DNA of 64,000 nucleotides from Candidatus Spongiisociaceae bacterium (GTDB lineage Bacteria; Actinomycetota; Acidimicrobiia; Spongiisociales; Spongiisociaceae): NCBI GenBank assembly GCA_965243835.1, contig OZ251578.1, positions 2,464,303 to 2,528,302 of the forward strand, read 5' to 3'. Shown piece by piece: positions 60,130 to 64,000 of this stretch (position 1 is its first letter; each line of letters starts with the position of its first letter). The notes under the pieces were generated by a model. It saw only the letters and a program-made list of their open reading frames with translations, ran no database searches and was not told where the DNA came from. The position numbers and the translations under genes were made by a program.

Positions 60130-61953
60130 CTAGATAAACCAGATCCCCATCCATTTATCATACAACAGAACCACGAAAGATATAGACACGACAATAGCTA
60201 ATATTATCGATATTACCTGCACAGCCGTTTGGTTTATGCTATTTTCTCTCTCAGGTTCATCAGTAGGCATCTCTCGATATAATCTCAGATCTACAAGGTT
60301 TATAGTCATAAAACATATTCCAGCAGAAAATAGAAAAGCAAGCATATCAATTAATAACGCATTCCAGTCAGAGGTAACGGCAGGTCGGGTGCCCATTGTA
60401 ACCATGATAGTTACCAAGGCAAATATATAGAGTACCAGGTTTTCTGCAAGATATCTACCTCTCTCCTTACTCTTGCAAAGTAGACGAACGTCTAACTCTA
60501 ATTCATGAGCAAATTTTTTGAAATCTTTATCATCATTTTTACTTAATTTCGTAAATAAACAACCAAATTGCTGTCTCAAATTATCAATAGCCGAAGGTTT
60601 AGAAGACTGATCTAGCTTCTCCAGTAGCGGCTTTAGTTTGCCTACCGTTACAGTATCATTATTGATTTCCATCATTCGCGTCACTAACACATTCATCCGT
60701 AAAAATTGATCTTCTTCTTTATTAGTCCTTTCAACTAATCGGGATATTCTAAATGATAATATAAGTATAAATATGGTAGCAGACACGACTATTATAGAAT
60801 AATAATCGACCGATCCAACACCCCATTCCCAAGGTGAGTTATCGGCCAGCCAAGGCCATTGAATCCATTCTTCTCTAAAGTAAGTTAGCACACCTACACT
60901 CCATAAGGATACAATAAGTCCTCTAAAACCTTTCCTACCCGTACGCTCTTCTATAGCTATCAGGATACAAGTGGCAATAATAATTAGAGCCCCTATAATG
61001 AAGTAATCCCATCGTTCCAATTGAGTTAACCCGAAAGGTATTAGCCAAATTATACTCAAGAAAGGAGTTAAGTAATATATACCATTGACATCTAAGGTTT
61101 TGGTTATAAGGTTACCCTCTCTAAAACTCCATACTCCTATACCACTCGCAAAACCACCTACTATACATATTAACCAAGCTATCTCATTCGTAAACCAACT
61201 TGTTTGATTAGTCGTAAAGGTTAAACTCCAGGAAACGCCTTGAAAAATTAAGGCAATTTTCCCTATTATAACCAAAATAATAACAAAGATATTTGCTATT
61301 ATAACGCCTGAAAAAACAAACATCAACTCAATTTTATTGCGTTCCTCATCTCCTAGTTTGTTTAGTTTTTTCTCGGATTCCATCTCGTCCGTCATCTTCT
61401 CAGCCCAATCTAAAGACCTTTCCATTCTAATAGCACTTAATACTACATATACTGTAATCAACAAGAGGCCTATAATGTTAAGCGATGAACTAATATTATT
61501 ATGCGATAGATTAATATAGATCACTCCAATCAAAGCAAATACAAATAGAATCCATACTGAATTGCTCAATTTCAGATCGTCTTTTGATTTTTTCTTAGCA
61601 TAATAACGAAGTAAAACAAAATTCACAATCCAAGTTTCGCCAAGGATAGATGCTACAGCGATATCTAAATAGGCGGTGGACCAAGCGAAAAATAACCAGG
61701 CAAAACCCCCTATTATAACAAACAATAAAGCATATTTATTCCAAAACCCAGGTGGTTTATACCATTGTCTCCGTAGAAAAGAAAACAAATTTACTTTCGC
61801 GTCTATTATATCTTTTTCTACAGATTTTACAACAGTTTTTAATTTAACAGACATCACAATTGTTATACCAATCAAAATTAGTATCACGGACAGTGCTGGG
61901 TTGCTTCTGCTGTTGCTTAATCCAATCGCGAGAGGTACCAAGGAATAACCCAA
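60130..61953 (-). CDS. Polytopic membrane protein of unknown function, very AT-rich (foreign), on a 2.15 kb insertion
   Basis: 607 aa ORF with at least 10 predicted TM helices and a Lys/Glu-rich soluble segment. GC is about half the genome average. An upstream ATG at 62098 becomes in-frame if the C11 run gains one base. Confidence 0.65.
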   Translation of the reverse strand: MGYSLVPLAIGLSNSRSNPALSVILILIGITIVMSVKLKTVVKSVEKDIIDAKVNLFSFLRRQWYKPPGFWNKYALLFVIIGGFAWLFFAWSTAYLDIAVASILGETWIVNFVLLRYYAKKKSKDDLKLSNSVWILFVFALIGVIYINLSHNNISSSLNIIGLLLITVYVVLSAIRMERSLDWAEKMTDEMESEKKLNKLGDEERNKIELMFVFSGVIIANIFVIILVIIGKIALIFQGVSWSLTFTTNQTSWFTNEIAWLICIVGGFASGIGVWSFREGNLITKTLDVNGIYYLTPFLSIIWLIPFGLTQLERWDYFIIGALIIIATCILIAIEERTGRKGFRGLIVSLWSVGVLTYFREEWIQWPWLADNSPWEWGVGSVDYYSIIVVSATIFILILSFRISRLVERTNKEEDQFLRMNVLVTRMMEINNDTVTVGKLKPLLEKLDQSSKPSAIDNLRQQFGCLFTKLSKNDDKDFKKFAHELELDVRLLCKSKERGRYLAENLVLYIFALVTIMVTMGTRPAVTSDWNALLIDMLAFLFSAGICFMTINLVDLRLYREMPTDEPERENSINQTAVQVISIILAIVVSISFVVLLYDKWMGIWFI

Positions 61954-62074
61954 AGTAGCAATAACGATAAATAGGGTAGCCTTAGACTTACCTTTAGGTT
62001 CGTCTCCAGCCTTGCCGCCGCCGGATGCATCGTCGGTCGCACCGGCACTCTGCTTGCTACCTAATTGGGGGTCT

Positions 62075-62085
62075 GGGGGGGGGGG
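62075..62085 (-). repeat. Homopolymeric C11 (G11 on plus) tract between candidate ATG (62098) and the membrane-protein ORF
   Basis: Read directly. C12 would fuse MNNPTPPPPPDPQLGSKQ... in frame to the 607 aa ORF. Confidence 0.9.
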
Positions 62086-62252
62086 TGGGGTTATTCATGG
62101 CGTGTAGATTAACAGGTTAAACGGCAGGGACCGCATCTGTTGGCAGTCCGCTACCTGGGTGCGACTATTCATGTCGTGTACCTGGGTGGGGCGTTTCATG
62201 GCGTGTAGGTTAGCAGGCTAAACGGCTACCCTGTCAAATTGGGGCAGGGCAT

Positions 62253-62293
62253 CCACGGCTGGGCGCCCCGCCAAACTAACCTACGACTGACCC
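62253..62293. repeat. 40-bp direct repeat (right copy)
   Basis: Matches 60065-60104. Confidence 0.85.
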
Positions 62294-62297
62294 TCCC

Positions 62298-63599
62298 TCA
62301 CACCTCCAAGGGCAAGGACGGTTGGTCCATCTCCGGCAAATCCGGGCCCCACAGTCCGGCTATCGGTACCGCGTAAACGCCCTCGTCGATCCGGTAGCGG
62401 TGACGGCCGGCGTGAAAAATCACCGCCCCGCCGAATCGCTCCTCCGCTACTTCGTCCCGGAACCACAGCAAATGACGGGCGTCATGTTCGTCGGGCTCCC
62501 GGCCGGCCTTGAACTCAAAAGCGATCAACTTCCGTCCGCGCTCGGCCACCAGGTCGATCTCGCGCTGGCCGCCCCGCGTTCGCAGGTGGTACAGGGCGAC
62601 CGGAGTTTCGGAAACATCCGCTTCCACCCGCAACTGGGCGGCCGCGAACGTATCAAAGAAGCGACCAAGCAAATCGTCGTTGCCGTAGATGTCGTCCAAG
62701 GTCAACCCGGCGGCCGCGGCCGCCAAACCGGGATCTACGAAATAGCGCTTAGCCTGCTCCGTAATCAAGCGCCCCCGGCGGCTGTCCGCCCAGGGAGGGA
62801 CTTCATCCACCAGTCCCATTGCGGCCAGCACCTCCAGGTAACTGTTGGCGGTGCGAACCCGCAAGCCGTCAATAGGCCGCATTATGGTCTGGTGCGGAAC
62901 CACCCCGGCGGTGTTGAGGGCGTAGGATTTGAGATACTGCTCAAAGGCGCGCGGCGTTCGTTTGCGTCCGCGCGGAGGGTCGTACGTCGGCAGATCCCGC
63001 CTGACGACCATATCCATATAAACTTTGAGACGACGCCTCCGTTCGCCTTCGTCGGCGATAGCCGCGATCTCCGGCAAACCGCCCGCGAGGGCGATCTGCA
63101 GATATTCCCGCAAGGTGGGGGGGCGGGCGGGAAGGCTGAACCGGGCCTCTTCGTCATCCCACCGGTCGAAAAGCGAAACCGCCGACGCGGAACCAAAACG
63201 CTCCCGCCCCGTCAATCCCCGCAGTTGAAGGTTGATCGCCCGGCCGGTAAGCGGCCACTGGTCGGCGAACAGGTCGTTGCGGGCGGATCCGGTGATGATA
63301 AAACGGCCCGCTCCCCGCTCGTTGTCGACTTTGCGCTTCACCGCCCACAGCACTTCCGGCAGTATCTGCCATTCGTCAATGAGCAAGGGGGGCTCGCTCG
63401 TGATCGCCCCCGTCGGATCGGTCTCCACCAGTCTGCGATCGCCCGAATCGTCGAGAAAAAGACGAGAACGGGCATGCGCAGACCCGGTCATGGTTTTGCC
63501 CACCCCCCGCGGGCCGGTGATTATCACCGCCGGATGCCACAAGAGAACCTTCTTGAGCAGGTTATCCAGTATGCGGGGAATATATGCGACTTCGGCCAT
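62298..63599 (-). CDS. AAA+ ATP-binding protein with DUF4143 (COG1373 family)
   Basis: Walker A GPRGVGKT. AAA domain followed by DUF4143-like C-terminus. Confidence 0.75.
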   Translation of the reverse strand: MAEVAYIPRILDNLLKKVLLWHPAVIITGPRGVGKTMTGSAHARSRLFLDDSGDRRLVETDPTGAITSEPPLLIDEWQILPEVLWAVKRKVDNERGAGRFIITGSARNDLFADQWPLTGRAINLQLRGLTGRERFGSASAVSLFDRWDDEEARFSLPARPPTLREYLQIALAGGLPEIAAIADEGERRRRLKVYMDMVVRRDLPTYDPPRGRKRTPRAFEQYLKSYALNTAGVVPHQTIMRPIDGLRVRTANSYLEVLAAMGLVDEVPPWADSRRGRLITEQAKRYFVDPGLAAAAAGLTLDDIYGNDDLLGRFFDTFAAAQLRVEADVSETPVALYHLRTRGGQREIDLVAERGRKLIAFEFKAGREPDEHDARHLLWFRDEVAEERFGGAVIFHAGRHRYRIDEGVYAVPIAGLWGPDLPEMDQPSLPLEV

Positions 63600-63629
63600 C
63601 CTGTCCTCTCCTAGGCGTTTCGCCTATTA

Positions 63630-63808
63630 CAGCACCATACGCACACCCATTATAACACCGTACGCACACCCATTACAGCACCATACGCACACCCATTACA
63701 GCACCATACGCACACCCATTACAGCACCATACGCACACCCATTACAGCACCATACGCACACCCATTACAGCACCATACGCACACCCATTACGACACCAAA
63801 CACGCGCC
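63630..63808. repeat. Tandem 23-bp repeat array (about 7.5 copies, unit cagcaccatacgcacacccatta)
   Basis: Perfect head-to-tail copies 63676-63790, with variant units at both ends. Lies directly upstream of the DUF4143 ATPase start. Confidence 0.9.
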
Positions 63809-64000
63809 TATTGCGATAGTTAATACTACTAAAATAAGTTTATCGTTGTTATCATCAACAGGGCGGCGGCGGCAACCGGGGGTAGCGCAACCAGGAGGGA
63901 GCCCAGGCAACCGAGGCGTTTGCGGGGGCGGGGCTCCGGCTCCGGAGGTTCCTCGGCGGCGGGGGGCGGCTGGTGTTCGCGGAGGACTTCGCTGGTGATC

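Noticed and set aside
63630-63808. CRISPR array
   Set aside because: The 23-bp units are contiguous with no intervening unique spacers and no cas genes nearby, so this is a simple tandem repeat.

Overview
This 64 kb window is high-GC (about 70%) bacterial chromosome with Gram-positive-style GGAGG ribosome-binding sites, consistent with an actinobacterial-type genome (DUF222/REP13E12-like HNH genes, succinylase-pathway lysine genes). Many adjacent genes overlap at ATGA/TAATG junctions, which supports the calls. The housekeeping backbone is interrupted by several low-GC, mostly single-gene islands.

Backbone, in order:
- alr 3' end
- dapC-dapD-dapE operon
- ligA, mnmA and a cysteine desulfurase
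- SRPBCC protein, enoyl-CoA hydratase, meaB, nfu and a membrane protein
- surE, mogA/moaB, fdhD
- a thiamine ABC uptake operon behind a TPP riboswitch (thiB-thiP-thiQ-hypothetical-thiD)
- 3-hydroxyisobutyrate dehydrogenase-like oxidoreductase, RraA-like protein, SDR
- a sugar ABC transporter with MBL-fold and Gfo/Idh/MocA genes
- M81 peptidase, etfBA
- a corrinoid-dependent quaternary-amine demethylation cluster (dimethylglycine dehydrogenase-like enzyme, MttB-family methyltransferase, corrinoid protein, methyl-THF:corrinoid methyltransferase, RACo activator, DUF1638, metF)
- bifunctional pabB-pabC

Accessory content, in order:
- An AT-rich NYN-domain gene.
- A Fic protein divergent from a DUF4268 gene.
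- A dispersed family of about 120 bp promoter-like intergenic repeats (5 copies) around an ORF-poor region.
- A frameshifted orphan SPPY-type DNA methyltransferase.
- An AT-rich island (21.4-24.6 kb) with an unknown 309 aa protein, an HTH-DUF433 protein, a hypothetical protein and a 480 bp AT-rich non-coding stretch.
- A second Fic gene next to a degenerate segmental duplication.
- An HNH/DUF222 gene with a tandemly duplicated 5' end, next to a DUF1156 DNA methyltransferase interrupted by an 11-nt poly-G tract.
- A tandem array of four paralogous small ORFs.
- A 2.15 kb AT-rich insertion, flanked by 40 bp direct repeats duplicating the pabBC 3' end. It carries one 607 aa polytopic membrane protein whose extended start is gated by an 11-nt poly-C tract, preceded by a coupled upstream ORF and iterated motifs.
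- A DUF4143 AAA ATPase preceded by a 7.5-copy 23-bp tandem repeat.

No rRNA, tRNA or CRISPR array was recognised.
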